NCBI GenBank assembly: GCA_030625775.1
Contig: DAOUQC010000014.1
Location: 7,907-71,906 of the forward strand
Source of the DNA: Verrucomicrobiota bacterium
GTDB lineage: Bacteria; Verrucomicrobiota; Verrucomicrobiia; Verrucomicrobiales; DEV007
Length of the DNA: 64,000 nt
Reading direction: 5' to 3'
The notes under the pieces were generated by a model. It saw nothing but the letters and a program-made list of their open reading frames with translations, ran no database searches and had not been told where the DNA came from. Positions 54,606 through 63,626 of this stretch are shown piece after piece (the stretch's first letter is position 1; each line of letters begins with the position of its first letter). The position numbers and the translations under genes were made by a program.

Positions 54606-56288
54606 TTAGCTTTTGAAATAGGGGCGAAGTTCGTCTTCGAAATACTGCAGTGCATTTTTAATCGGCAGGGGGACTCCACCTCCCAGTGCACAGAGGGACG
54701 TTTGTTGCAAGGTGTCGAGCAGGTCATGAATAAGGATAGGATCGATCTGGTAGTTGTCATCTTTCCGCGCTTTGGCGATCAGTTCCTGGCCACGAACCGA
54801 ACCAAGACGGCAGGGAAAACATTTGCCACAGGATTCATCGGCGGTGAATTGGAACAGATGCTCGATGTATTCGATCATCGGGAAGTTTTCCGGGATGCAG
54901 ACAATGCCCGCGTGGCCCAATAAAAAACCAGCGGTGCTGAAGGATTCAAAATCGACCGTGAGTTCTTCGATTATTGCAACGGGCAGCAGGCCGCCTAGCG
55001 GGCCGCCGACCTGAATGGCTTTGACCGGCACTTTGAAGCCTCCCGCCAAATCATCAGTTACGACGGAAAGTGGGGTTCCCATGGCGACTTCGTAGATGCC
55101 GGGGCGGACGAAATGGCTGTCGAGTGAGACCAACTTGGGGCCGGATGATTTTTCTGTGCCGATGGCGGCAAACGCTTCGCCACCCATCGTCAGGATCGCT
55201 CGAAGGTTGGCGAAGGTTTCCACATTGTTAAGAATAGTGGGTTTGCGGAATAGTCCTTCGACGGTGGGGAAGGGCGGGCGCACACGGACTTCCGGGCGTT
55301 GCCCTTCAATCGAGGCGAGCAGGGCGGTTTCTTCTCCGCAAATGTAAGCTCCGGCTCCCTTGATGGTTTTAAGATCAAAACTGAAATCACTGCCAAAAAT
55401 GTTCTCGCCGAGCATGCCTGCCTCTTTCAGATCGGCAATGGCTTTATTGATGATGCGGATAGAATCGGGGTACTCGGCGCGGATGTAGAGCACTCCGGTT
55501 TGGGCTCCAGCGAACCAACCGGCAACGATCATGCCAAGGAGCACGGAGTGGGGTTGTTTTTCCATTAAATACTTGTCGATGTAGGCACCGGGATCTCCTT
55601 CGTCAGCATTGCAGACGATGTATTTGATTTCGCCTTCGGCTTCACGGCAGGAGTCCCATTTGAAGTGAAGAGGGAAACCCGCTCCACCACGTCCCCGCAG
55701 TTTGGAGTCTTTCAATTCCTTGAGCAGGTCTTTTTGCCCTGCTTGGAAACATTTTTTGAGCGGAGCGTAATACTCATCGATGCCCGGGAAATCGGCGGTC
55801 AGGATGGGTGTATCGAGAGCAGATTCGACGTGGTATTGATCCAGCGCGGCATCAGCGTTTTCGGCGGCGTCGGAGTCATTGTTGAAAATGGACTTCAGCT
55901 CGGCGTTGCTTTTGCCCGAATAATTTTGGTCCTGATACTGAAAGGCTCTGGCTTCGTGACAGCGCCCGAGGCAGCAGATGTGACCGATTTCTTCTTCTTT
56001 AAAATGCTCTGTGAGATCGGTTTGTAAAGTTTGCTGGCTCTTGGCACAGAGGCAAGCGCTGCCATTGCAGACAAAAACCTTTTTTCCTTCGTTTTCTTTC
56101 TTGAGAAAATCGTAAAATGAAACTGCACCCAAAGTAATGGCGTCACCGACGAGGTGCGCTTCGGACAGGGCGCGAACGGTTTCCTGATCGGTAGCGGTGC
56201 CGGTTGTTTCGGCCGCTTTGACCATGCGTTCAAAATGATTTTGGTCCATTCCTTTCCGGAATGAGATAGCACTGAGGTTTTTGGACAT
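54606..56288 (-). CDS. NAD-reducing diaphorase subunit, fused NuoE-like and NuoF-like domains (FdsG/FdsB-type)
   Basis: N-terminal thioredoxin-like 2Fe-2S part (VCNGSACLCA...CCLGRCHE), FMN/NADH site GRGGAGFP, and 4Fe-4S ESCGKCFPCR. The track start is TTG; the ATG is at 56288. Confidence 0.9.
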   Translation of the reverse strand: MSKNLSAISFRKGMDQNHFERMVKAAETTGTATDQETVRALSEAHLVGDAITLGAVSFYDFLKKENEGKKVFVCNGSACLCAKSQQTLQTDLTEHFKEEEIGHICCLGRCHEARAFQYQDQNYSGKSNAELKSIFNNDSDAAENADAALDQYHVESALDTPILTADFPGIDEYYAPLKKCFQAGQKDLLKELKDSKLRGRGGAGFPLHFKWDSCREAEGEIKYIVCNADEGDPGAYIDKYLMEKQPHSVLLGMIVAGWFAGAQTGVLYIRAEYPDSIRIINKAIADLKEAGMLGENIFGSDFSFDLKTIKGAGAYICGEETALLASIEGQRPEVRVRPPFPTVEGLFRKPTILNNVETFANLRAILTMGGEAFAAIGTEKSSGPKLVSLDSHFVRPGIYEVAMGTPLSVVTDDLAGGFKVPVKAIQVGGPLGGLLPVAIIEELTVDFESFSTAGFLLGHAGIVCIPENFPMIEYIEHLFQFTADESCGKCFPCRLGSVRGQELIAKARKDDNYQIDPILIHDLLDTLQQTSLCALGGGVPLPIKNALQYFEDELRPYFKS

Positions 56289-56345
56289 AAGTTTGCAACA
56301 GGTTAGCCTGAATTTGCTCAAATTTCAAGATTTGAACAAAGCGGC

Positions 56346-57146
56346 TCAATGAAAAATAAAAGGCACACCCGCATCTTCAAAAGCTTTTTTTTCAGCTTTC
56401 ATGTAGCGGTCGGCCAGGGCTTCAAATTTTTTATCAGCTCGATAACTTTTTAGAAAACTATTTACTTGTGAGCGCAGGGCCTCATTGCCCTTTTTGATGC
56501 CGATGGCCCATTCTTCCTTCCGGATTGGCTGCAGCAGGGCTTTGCTTTTATCAGTGTGTTGCTGGTAAAAACGGTAGATGGAGATCTGGTCGTAGATAAA
56601 GGCATCGGCTTTGCCTTGCACAACTTCGAGTGCGCACATCGAAGCTTCGTCGAGCACCACGAGTTCAATACCCTCGAGTTCTGCCTGTGCATACAAGTGA
56701 CCGGTGGTAGCCAGCTTGACGGCGACTTTGGCGGTGCTTTCCTGGAGGTCGTCGACATTTTTGTAAGGGGAGTTTTTGGCAACCAGCATGCACAGCCCAT
56801 TGCTGACATAGGGCTCTGAAAAATCGATCACTTGCGCTCTTTTTTCGGTGCGGGTCATGGATGAAATGATGAGATCAATCTTGCCGCTTTGCAGTGAGGG
56901 GATAATGCCGTCCCAGGCGATGTCTTCGATTTTCAATGGACGTTTGAGGTAGGCGGCGAGATCCTCGGCCATGCGGACACTGATGCCGTCAGGCTTGCCG
57001 TTGGCGGACCGCATTTCGAAGGGCGGGTAGGCAAGTTCCATGCCAACGATGAGGGGAGGGGCTTTGGATGAAGGGCTTTCGGAGTCGGCGGGTGAGCAGG
57101 CGACTATGCAGGTTAGTGAGATTAAGGCTTGGAGCGAACGAATCAT
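56346..57146 (-). CDS. Polar amino-acid ABC transporter substrate-binding lipoprotein (SBP family 3)
   Basis: The ATG at 57146 gives the lipobox LTCIVACS. IVGMELAYPPFEM and DLIISSMTRTEKR are typical of the family. Confidence 0.8.
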   Translation of the reverse strand: MIRSLQALISLTCIVACSPADSESPSSKAPPLIVGMELAYPPFEMRSANGKPDGISVRMAEDLAAYLKRPLKIEDIAWDGIIPSLQSGKIDLIISSMTRTEKRAQVIDFSEPYVSNGLCMLVAKNSPYKNVDDLQESTAKVAVKLATTGHLYAQAELEGIELVVLDEASMCALEVVQGKADAFIYDQISIYRFYQQHTDKSKALLQPIRKEEWAIGIKKGNEALRSQVNSFLKSYRADKKFEALADRYMKAEKKAFEDAGVPFIFH

Positions 57147-57263
57147 TGATATAAGTATTTGGCTGGCTTGAAGAAGCTTCACGCAGAGATGCAGAGACGC
57201 AAAGGAAAGAATGAGAAGGAAATGAAAGAGGAATATTAAAAAAAGATCTCCCGTGAGGTTCGC

Positions 57264-57494
57264 TTGATCCGTTTTTTACTGACGCTTGTCACAGCTTGCA
57301 TTGTGCTGTTTTTTTTTCCAGGTGTGAAGTTATGGATCATTGGCCGGATTGAGGTTTTTTTCAGGTCTCCTTTTATCACTACGATGCTGCTTGTGGCGGT
57401 AGCTGTTTTTGTGCTTTTATACATCGTCAATAAAATACAGAGTTCGGAAAAAAGCGATGTGGTTGATATGGCTACAAGGGAGGAAGGAGAGTAG
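57264..57494 (+). CDS. Possible small two-helix membrane protein
   Basis: 76-aa ORF with two hydrophobic helices, but only a TTG start and no recognisable family. It lies in the divergent region upstream of the CoADR fusion gene. Confidence 0.25.
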   Translation: MIRFLLTLVTACIVLFFFPGVKLWIIGRIEVFFRSPFITTMLLVAVAVFVLLYIVNKIQSSEKSDVVDMATREEGE

Positions 57495-57581
57495 TTGATA
57501 TATTTTCAGTAGGGTTTAGTAAGAAATAGCTGTATATGCCTTTCTGGCGATACGGTTTGTTTATTGCCAATACTATTATAT

Positions 57582-60047
57582 ATGAGCCATTCAAACCAAG
57601 AGGAATCTTCCTTGCGCATTGTCATTGTGGGGGGAGTTGCGGGGGGAGCCAGTGCTGCAGCACGGGCGCGCAGGCTGTCTGAGACGGCGGAGATCACAAT
57701 CATCGAACGCGGTCCCGACGTTTCTTTTGCCAATTGCGGATTGCCTTATCACATCGGCGGAGAAATCAAGGATCGCTCGCGTCTTGCGGTGCAAACGCCT
57801 GAATCGCTTCAAGCGATGTTGAATATTAAGGTTAGCACCCGAACGGAAGCACTTGCGATCAATCGTGAGACCAAATCGTTGACGATCAAGGATCTGCAAA
57901 ACGGGGAGAGCTCCGAGCTCAACTACGACAAACTAGTCCTTTCACCTGGGGCGAGTCCCTTGCGTCCGCCCTTGCCGGGTATCGATGACAACCGGATCGT
58001 TACACTGCGCACATTGCAGGACATGGATAGGATCAAAGTGGCTGCCGAAGGGGGGCCTCATGTGCTGGTGATTGGGGCTGGTTTCATCGGCCTGGAAATG
58101 GCCGAGCAACTGGTGAATATCGGCAAACAAGTCACTCTGGTCGAACTGACCCCACAGGTGCTGCCGCAAATGGATGCCGAGCTTACTCGTTTGATGGAGG
58201 ATGAGCTGCGCGCTAATCGGATTGACCTCATTTTGGGGGATGGCATCAAAGCTTTTCAGTCGGCAGGGGGGCAGTTGCAGGCAGAGCTTGATTCCGGGCG
58301 CAAAATTCTGACCGATCTGGTGATCCTTTCGATCGGGGTGCGTCCGGAAACGTCGCTCGCCAGGGAGGCGGGTTTGGATCTGGGGAAACGTGGCCATATT
58401 GTGGTCAACGAGTTTCAGCAAAGCTCTGATCCGGATATCTATGCAGCCGGGGATGCCGCCGAAACCAGTGATCCAATTCTGGATACTCGCACGGCGATTC
58501 CACTGGGAGGTCCTGCTAATCGCCAGGGACGAGTTGTGGCTGATCACATTTTGAGGCCTGACATCGCCCGTCCTTATCCCGGATCGCTTGGCACAGCCAT
58601 CGTGCGTGCTTTTGATACCAGTGCTGGGGTGACAGGCTGGACGGAGGAGCGGCTTAAAGCCGAAGCGGTGGATTTTGGCACCACTACAGTTACGGACTTT
58701 AACCACGCGGGTTATTACCCCGGTGCGGTGCATGTGACGGTCAAAATTCTTTGGGATGTCAAGGACGGGCGTTTGCTGGGTGGGCAGGTTACCGGAGCAC
58801 TCGGAGTGGACAAACGTCTTGATGTGTTGGCAACGGCGATTCGCGGACGGCTGACAATTGAAGATCTTTGTCATCTTGAAATGGCATACGCCCCACCCTT
58901 TGGCAGTGCCAAAGATCCGATCAATATTGCGGGTTTCAATGCTACGAATATTCAGGACGGGTTATTCTCTCCCACTTATGGTTTTCCCGCTGACGGCACA
59001 CAAATTGTCGATGCCCGTCCCGCACTGATGGCCGAGGCGAAACCGATGCCCGGGGCAATCAATATACCCTTGCCTGAATTGCGTGAGGGGATGGAAGAGC
59101 TTGATCGGAACAAGCCGGTTGTCACTGTTTGTGCGCTGGGTAAGTCGAGTTATTTTGCGGCAAGAATTCTTAGCCAGAATGGTTTTGAAGTGAAAAGTCT
59201 CGTCGGTGGAACCAAGCTACATAGCTCAACAGCGCAGCCTGCATCCATGGTGAGTGATCAAACGACAGGTTCATCGCCCGTGTTGTCTGCAGCCCGGTCA
59301 AGCACTCAAGTTGCGCTTCAGCTTGATGCGACCGGACTCGCTTGCCCGGGACCGATCATGAAGGTGAAGGATGCACTGCTTGATCTCAGTCCCGGCCAGG
59401 TGCTCGAAGTAGCTGCCTCCGATACTGGTTTTGCTACTGACTTGCCTGCATTTTGCAAAGCCCAGGGCTTGGAGTTTCTGGATGTGAAAAAACAGGCAGG
59501 AATTATTACCGGAAGATTACGCAAATCAGCTGATCCCAGTCAAACCAATGAAGCGGTATGCAGCACGACTTCCAATCAAGGCGCCAGTCTGGTGATTTTT
59601 TCACAAGAGATGGACAAGGTTCTGGCAGGTCTGGTGATAGCCAACGGAGCTGCGGCCATGGGTGGCCCGGTGACGATCTTTTTCACTTTCTGGGGAATCA
59701 ATGCCTTGCGCAAAGACAGCGCTCCTGCAATTCAGGGCAAGTCCTTCATGTCCAAAATGTTTGGCTGGATGTTGCCTCGCGGACTCAATCAACTGCCGCT
59801 TTCCAATATGCACATGATGGGTATGGGGACGACGATGATGAAACAACGCATGGCGAGTAAGGGGCTGCCCAACGTTCAAGGGTTGCTGGCTGATGCCAAG
59901 CAAAACAATGTCAGGCTAGTGGTGTGTTCGATGTCGATGGAAGCCATGGGGATCTGTCTGGAAGAGCTGATCGATGGAGTTGAGGTTGGTGGTGTTGCCG
60001 ATTTTTTGGGGTCTTCCGCAGAGGCTTCGACCAATCTGTTCATTTAG
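57582..60047 (+). CDS. Four-domain sulfur-trafficking fusion: CoA-disulfide/persulfide reductase - rhodanese - TusA - DsrE/DsrF-like
   Basis: IVIVGGVAGGASAA and the redox Cys in SFANCGLPYHIGG (CoADR type). Rhodanese loop VTVCALGKSSYF. TusA motif LDATGLACPGPIMKVKDAL. DsrE-like tail LVIFSQEMDKVLAGLVIANGAAAMG...VVCSMSMEAMG. The track start is TTG at 57564; the ATG is at 57582. Confidence 0.85.
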   Translation: MSHSNQEESSLRIVIVGGVAGGASAAARARRLSETAEITIIERGPDVSFANCGLPYHIGGEIKDRSRLAVQTPESLQAMLNIKVSTRTEALAINRETKSLTIKDLQNGESSELNYDKLVLSPGASPLRPPLPGIDDNRIVTLRTLQDMDRIKVAAEGGPHVLVIGAGFIGLEMAEQLVNIGKQVTLVELTPQVLPQMDAELTRLMEDELRANRIDLILGDGIKAFQSAGGQLQAELDSGRKILTDLVILSIGVRPETSLAREAGLDLGKRGHIVVNEFQQSSDPDIYAAGDAAETSDPILDTRTAIPLGGPANRQGRVVADHILRPDIARPYPGSLGTAIVRAFDTSAGVTGWTEERLKAEAVDFGTTTVTDFNHAGYYPGAVHVTVKILWDVKDGRLLGGQVTGALGVDKRLDVLATAIRGRLTIEDLCHLEMAYAPPFGSAKDPINIAGFNATNIQDGLFSPTYGFPADGTQIVDARPALMAEAKPMPGAINIPLPELREGMEELDRNKPVVTVCALGKSSYFAARILSQNGFEVKSLVGGTKLHSSTAQPASMVSDQTTGSSPVLSAARSSTQVALQLDATGLACPGPIMKVKDALLDLSPGQVLEVAASDTGFATDLPAFCKAQGLEFLDVKKQAGIITGRLRKSADPSQTNEAVCSTTSNQGASLVIFSQEMDKVLAGLVIANGAAAMGGPVTIFFTFWGINALRKDSAPAIQGKSFMSKMFGWMLPRGLNQLPLSNMHMMGMGTTMMKQRMASKGLPNVQGLLADAKQNNVRLVVCSMSMEAMGICLEELIDGVEVGGVADFLGSSAEASTNLFI

Positions 60048-60378
60048 AGGTCGGTTTTGAGATGCTTTTGGTTGAAAGTAATGATGTGAGAGGATCGACG
60101 GTAACTAATATGATGGCTCGGAGTCAATGACATAGAGCGAAGCGAACATTTAGATTTTGTTGAGCACACCATCATCGGCTTGTTCTGCGCGATAGCAGCT
60201 ACTTCAAAGTCCTAAATGGGGGGGCTTAGGGATTTGCAAATGCGGGTATGTGATCGGGGCTTTGTTTATCAGCGATGCCGTGCACTTTTACGTCTAAGCC
60301 GCCCTCCGGGTGTCTCTAATCTACCCAAATAGTTTCATCCACACCCCCTCACCTATTACTCTGAATGGCGTGCTGTGA

Positions 60379-60603
60379 CTAACCCACATAGCCCCCTGGT
60401 GTCCCTCCTTGACTTCCATGCGCAAGGGAACTCACGGATACGTTAGGGCCATAAGCTTCCATGATTGAAGTGGATGCCTCAAGTTGACGCGCAACTTTAC
60501 GCATTCGCCATTCCTTTCGAATACTATCATTCGATGCAAAAAGCACCCCAATAATAATACCTAGTAAGCTAAGAATAACATGAATCTTTCTTATCTTATT
60601 CAA
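60379..60603 (-). CDS. Possible small signal-anchored protein
   Basis: 74-aa ORF with a TTG start only and one N-terminal helix (HVILSLLGIIIGVLFA), in a low-GC 776-bp gap. Weak support. Confidence 0.25.
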   Translation of the reverse strand: MNKIRKIHVILSLLGIIIGVLFASNDSIRKEWRMRKVARQLEASTSIMEAYGPNVSVSSLAHGSQGGTPGGYVG

Positions 60604-60823
60604 AGGCAGAACTTATTGTTTATCTTACGCCGGAAAATATAGAATAATTCCTTTATAGTCATCAACAGGATAATACAGCGGTTATTTTATGTGGAACCTG
60701 CCCTGGATCGAAAGTCGAGAGGTGGATCTCGCTAAGGCGATAAGAATAGCCAAGGTATGAATGAAAATGAAGTGGGGGATTTCTGTGGTTGACCACGGCG
60801 GGCAGGAACGGGACTATGATAGG

Positions 60824-61519
60824 ATGAAAATTAAAGTTTTGAAAAGGGGGCTGTTTGGACTGCTGGTGACAGGTGTGATGGCTTCGGTTGCTGTGGCAGA
60901 TGATACGGCTATTTTTGACGGCAAGAGTTTGCAGGGCTGGAAGGCACCGGATATGAGTTTCTGGTCGGTGAGGGATGGAGCAATCACGGCGGAGTCCACG
61001 GCGGAAAAACCCTGCAAGGAAAACCAGTTTCTGGTCTGGCATGAAGAGGTGGGTGATTTTGAACTGACTTTGAAGTTCAAGCTGGTGGGCGGGCCCAAGG
61101 CAAACTCGGGGATCCAGGTGAGAAGCCAGGTGGAAGCGGATGGGCATGTGAAGGGGTACCAGGTCGACATGAGCCAACCGGATGCCGCGTATTTGGGAGC
61201 GGTTTACGATGAACGTGGCCGCAAGATGCTGGCTTTGCGCGGGCAGAAAACGGTGATTAAAGCTGATGGGGAAAAGGTATCCACTCCATTACCTGATGCC
61301 GATGCTTTGCTGAAGGGATATAAAGCGGGGGAGTGGAACGAATACCGGATCCATTTCAAAGGCAACAAACTGACGGTAAAGATAAACGGCAAGACAACTT
61401 CAGTGGTGATTGATAATCAGGAGAGTGAACGCGAAATGAAAGGTGTGCTGGCCTTGCAAATGCATTCCGGTCCACCGATGAAGGTGCAGTTCAAGGATTT
61501 GAAGTTGAAGAAACTTTGA
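60824..61519 (+). CDS. DUF1080 (3-keto-disaccharide hydrolase-like) secreted protein
   Basis: The ATG at 60824 gives the signal peptide MKIKVLKRGLFGLLVTGVMASVAVA. IFDGKSLQGWK, NSGIQVRS and EWNEYRIHFKGNKLTVKINGK are typical DUF1080 motifs. Confidence 0.85.
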   Translation: MKIKVLKRGLFGLLVTGVMASVAVADDTAIFDGKSLQGWKAPDMSFWSVRDGAITAESTAEKPCKENQFLVWHEEVGDFELTLKFKLVGGPKANSGIQVRSQVEADGHVKGYQVDMSQPDAAYLGAVYDERGRKMLALRGQKTVIKADGEKVSTPLPDADALLKGYKAGEWNEYRIHFKGNKLTVKINGKTTSVVIDNQESEREMKGVLALQMHSGPPMKVQFKDLKLKKL

Positions 61520-61526
61520 AGAAAGG

Positions 61527-61564
61527 AGGTAGGAGTTAGTCGTCGAGAATTCTATCTCCTACCT
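61527..61564. terminator. Hairpin between convergent genes (possible bidirectional terminator)
   Basis: AGGTAGGAG (61527-61535) pairs perfectly with CTCCTACCT (61556-61564) across a 20-nt loop. It lies between the stop codons at 61519 (+) and 61578 (-). There is no clear U-tract. Confidence 0.35.
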
Positions 61565-61577
61565 GCTAACTTCTTCT

Positions 61578-63575
61578 TCACAATACCCGGTCATTGCCGC
61601 CATCCACGGGGATCTGGGCTCCGGTGGTTTTTGAGAACAGCGGGCTGGCCATGGCGGATACCATTTCGCCGACGTTGCGGCTTTTGATTTCCGTTTTCAG
61701 CAGGTTGCGGGCTTTGTATTCAGCCACCGTGATGCCGTAACGTTCGGCGCTGCGGGCGAGGACTTCGGGGGTCCAGATCTTGGTATCGAAGACGGCATCC
61801 GGATGTACGATGTTGCAGCGTACGCCTTCTGGCGCGAGTTCGAGGGCGGCGACGCGACACAGTTGGGTGAGTCCGGCTTTGGCGCAGGAGTAAGAGGCGG
61901 CTCCAGCTCCCGGGGCTTTGACGTTACGTGATCCGACCAGCACGACTGCCGGGTCGATGCCTTTTTTGAGATAGGGGATGGTGTATTTGAGCAGCTTCTG
62001 GTGGGATGTGAGGTTCACCGCTATCGACAGGTCCCAGTTGCGAGCTTCCAGTTCGTCGAGGTATTGACCGGCGGTGAAAACCCCGGCGTTGGAAATCAGG
62101 ATGTCGATGCCGCCGTAACGACGCACGGTTTCTTCGACCGCAGCGAGCACTTTTTTGTCATCGGTGAGATTCACGATCATCGCGTCCGCGCCGATTTTTT
62201 CCATTTGCGGAATGATGTCGGGATTGAGATCGAGGGCGACGACTTTGGCGCCTTGTTGGGCGAGCGCTTCGGCACAGGCAAAGCCTATACCTGCGGCAGC
62301 ACCGGTGACGAGAGCGACCTTGCCCTGGTGGACGGGTTTGGCTCCGGCACTTTTTCTGAGCTTGGCTTGTTCCAGTTCCCAGTATTCGATATCGAATATT
62401 TTGGCAGCGGGCAGGGCTTTCCAGCCTCCGGCAAACGCGTTCTCGGTTTGTTGGATGGTTTGAACTGTGTGCTCGGTGATGTCGGCGATGATGTCGGTTT
62501 CGCCGAGAGTCGCACCAAAAGCGAGGGTTCCGTGATTTGCCCATACAGCCCAGCGCGGTGCCGGGTCGAGGATGGTGAGCGAACCGTCGTTGTGTTTGTC
62601 GAAATATTTCTGATAGTTCTCGGCGAACTTATTGACGGAGGCTTCTGGGCTTGCGTTGCCTTGATGGGTCAAAGCTATGCGTTTGGTGCGGATGACGTGA
62701 TCGGGGGTGAGGGGGCCACGAGTGGCGAGAGAGCTGGCGTTTTTCAAATTGGAAAAACCGACGGCTTCGCGGGATTGATTGATTTTTGCATAAACCGCAC
62801 AGCCGCGCTTGAGCGAAACTTGACGCCGCAGTTCAGCGAGTTGCAGCAGGTCTTCCGCCGGTTTGTGCAGGCGGGTGGCTTTGCCGATTGATTTACGTTT
62901 GGATTTTTTTGCCAGGTATTTTTCGGCGAGCGTGACCAGTTCGATCATCAGTTCGTAGCTTTTTTTTGCGTCTTTGTGAAAGGTGAAGATGCCGTGGTTC
63001 ATCAGGATCATGCCATCCAGCTGGGTCGGGTCTTCGACTTTCTGCATGGCTTTATGAACCGCCAGGGCGAGGTCAAAGCCGGGCATGACGTAAGGCACGA
63101 CGATAACGCGCGCGCCATACACTCCTTCAATCACGGCACGTCCATTTTTGTTATTGGTCAGCGCAACCACGGCGTCGGCGTGGGTGTGATCGACAAATTT
63201 GTGAGGAATGACCGCGTGGACAATTGCCTCGATGGATGGGTTCGGAGCATCCGGATTGAGCATGGCAGCGCGCTGGTGGGTGACCATGTCTGCATCGCTG
63301 AGTTTTTTGAGTTCGGCCATTTGCAGCAGGGTATCCATGCGAACCGGAGCAAAGCCGGCTTTTTCAATGGTTCCCAGATCCCAGCCGCTGCCTTTTACGT
63401 GCAGGACGTCAGTGAGTTTACCAAAAAAATTCTTTTCGCGTGTTTTGACCGAAGTGTTGCCGCCACCGTGCAGAACCAGTGAGGGCTCTGCGCCGAGCAG
63501 GCGTGAAGTGTAGACACGGGTGGCGAGGTCGCCGCGGAATTTTTTAGCGTCTTTGTTGGACCAGAGTGATTTCAT
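61578..63575 (-). CDS. Bifunctional class II aldolase (rhamnulose-1-phosphate aldolase-like) / short-chain dehydrogenase
   Basis: N-terminal aldolase/adducin domain (LVLHGGGNTSVK, HTHADAVV) fused to an SDR (ALVTGAAAGIGFA, YSCAKAG). 665 aa, as in YuxG/RhaEW-type enzymes. Confidence 0.9.
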   Translation of the reverse strand: MKSLWSNKDAKKFRGDLATRVYTSRLLGAEPSLVLHGGGNTSVKTREKNFFGKLTDVLHVKGSGWDLGTIEKAGFAPVRMDTLLQMAELKKLSDADMVTHQRAAMLNPDAPNPSIEAIVHAVIPHKFVDHTHADAVVALTNNKNGRAVIEGVYGARVIVVPYVMPGFDLALAVHKAMQKVEDPTQLDGMILMNHGIFTFHKDAKKSYELMIELVTLAEKYLAKKSKRKSIGKATRLHKPAEDLLQLAELRRQVSLKRGCAVYAKINQSREAVGFSNLKNASSLATRGPLTPDHVIRTKRIALTHQGNASPEASVNKFAENYQKYFDKHNDGSLTILDPAPRWAVWANHGTLAFGATLGETDIIADITEHTVQTIQQTENAFAGGWKALPAAKIFDIEYWELEQAKLRKSAGAKPVHQGKVALVTGAAAGIGFACAEALAQQGAKVVALDLNPDIIPQMEKIGADAMIVNLTDDKKVLAAVEETVRRYGGIDILISNAGVFTAGQYLDELEARNWDLSIAVNLTSHQKLLKYTIPYLKKGIDPAVVLVGSRNVKAPGAGAASYSCAKAGLTQLCRVAALELAPEGVRCNIVHPDAVFDTKIWTPEVLARSAERYGITVAEYKARNLLKTEIKSRNVGEMVSAMASPLFSKTTGAQIPVDGGNDRVL

Positions 63576-63626
63576 GTGAAAAGGAGATAGTAGTTAGGAG
63601 GGAGAAGATAGAATGAGGCAAGTGGG

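Noticed and set aside
54144-54923. 259-aa plus-strand ORF spanning the fdh subunit junction
   Set aside because: It is antisense to two well-supported genes.
57942-58874. 310-aa minus-strand ORF
   Set aside because: It is antisense to the CoADR domain and has an Arg/Pro/His-rich artefactual composition.
60662-61177. 171-aa minus-strand ORF
   Set aside because: It overlaps the DUF1080 gene in antisense, and the DUF1080 motifs are clear on the plus strand.
62001-62891. 296-aa plus-strand ORF
   Set aside because: It is antisense to the aldolase/SDR fusion gene.
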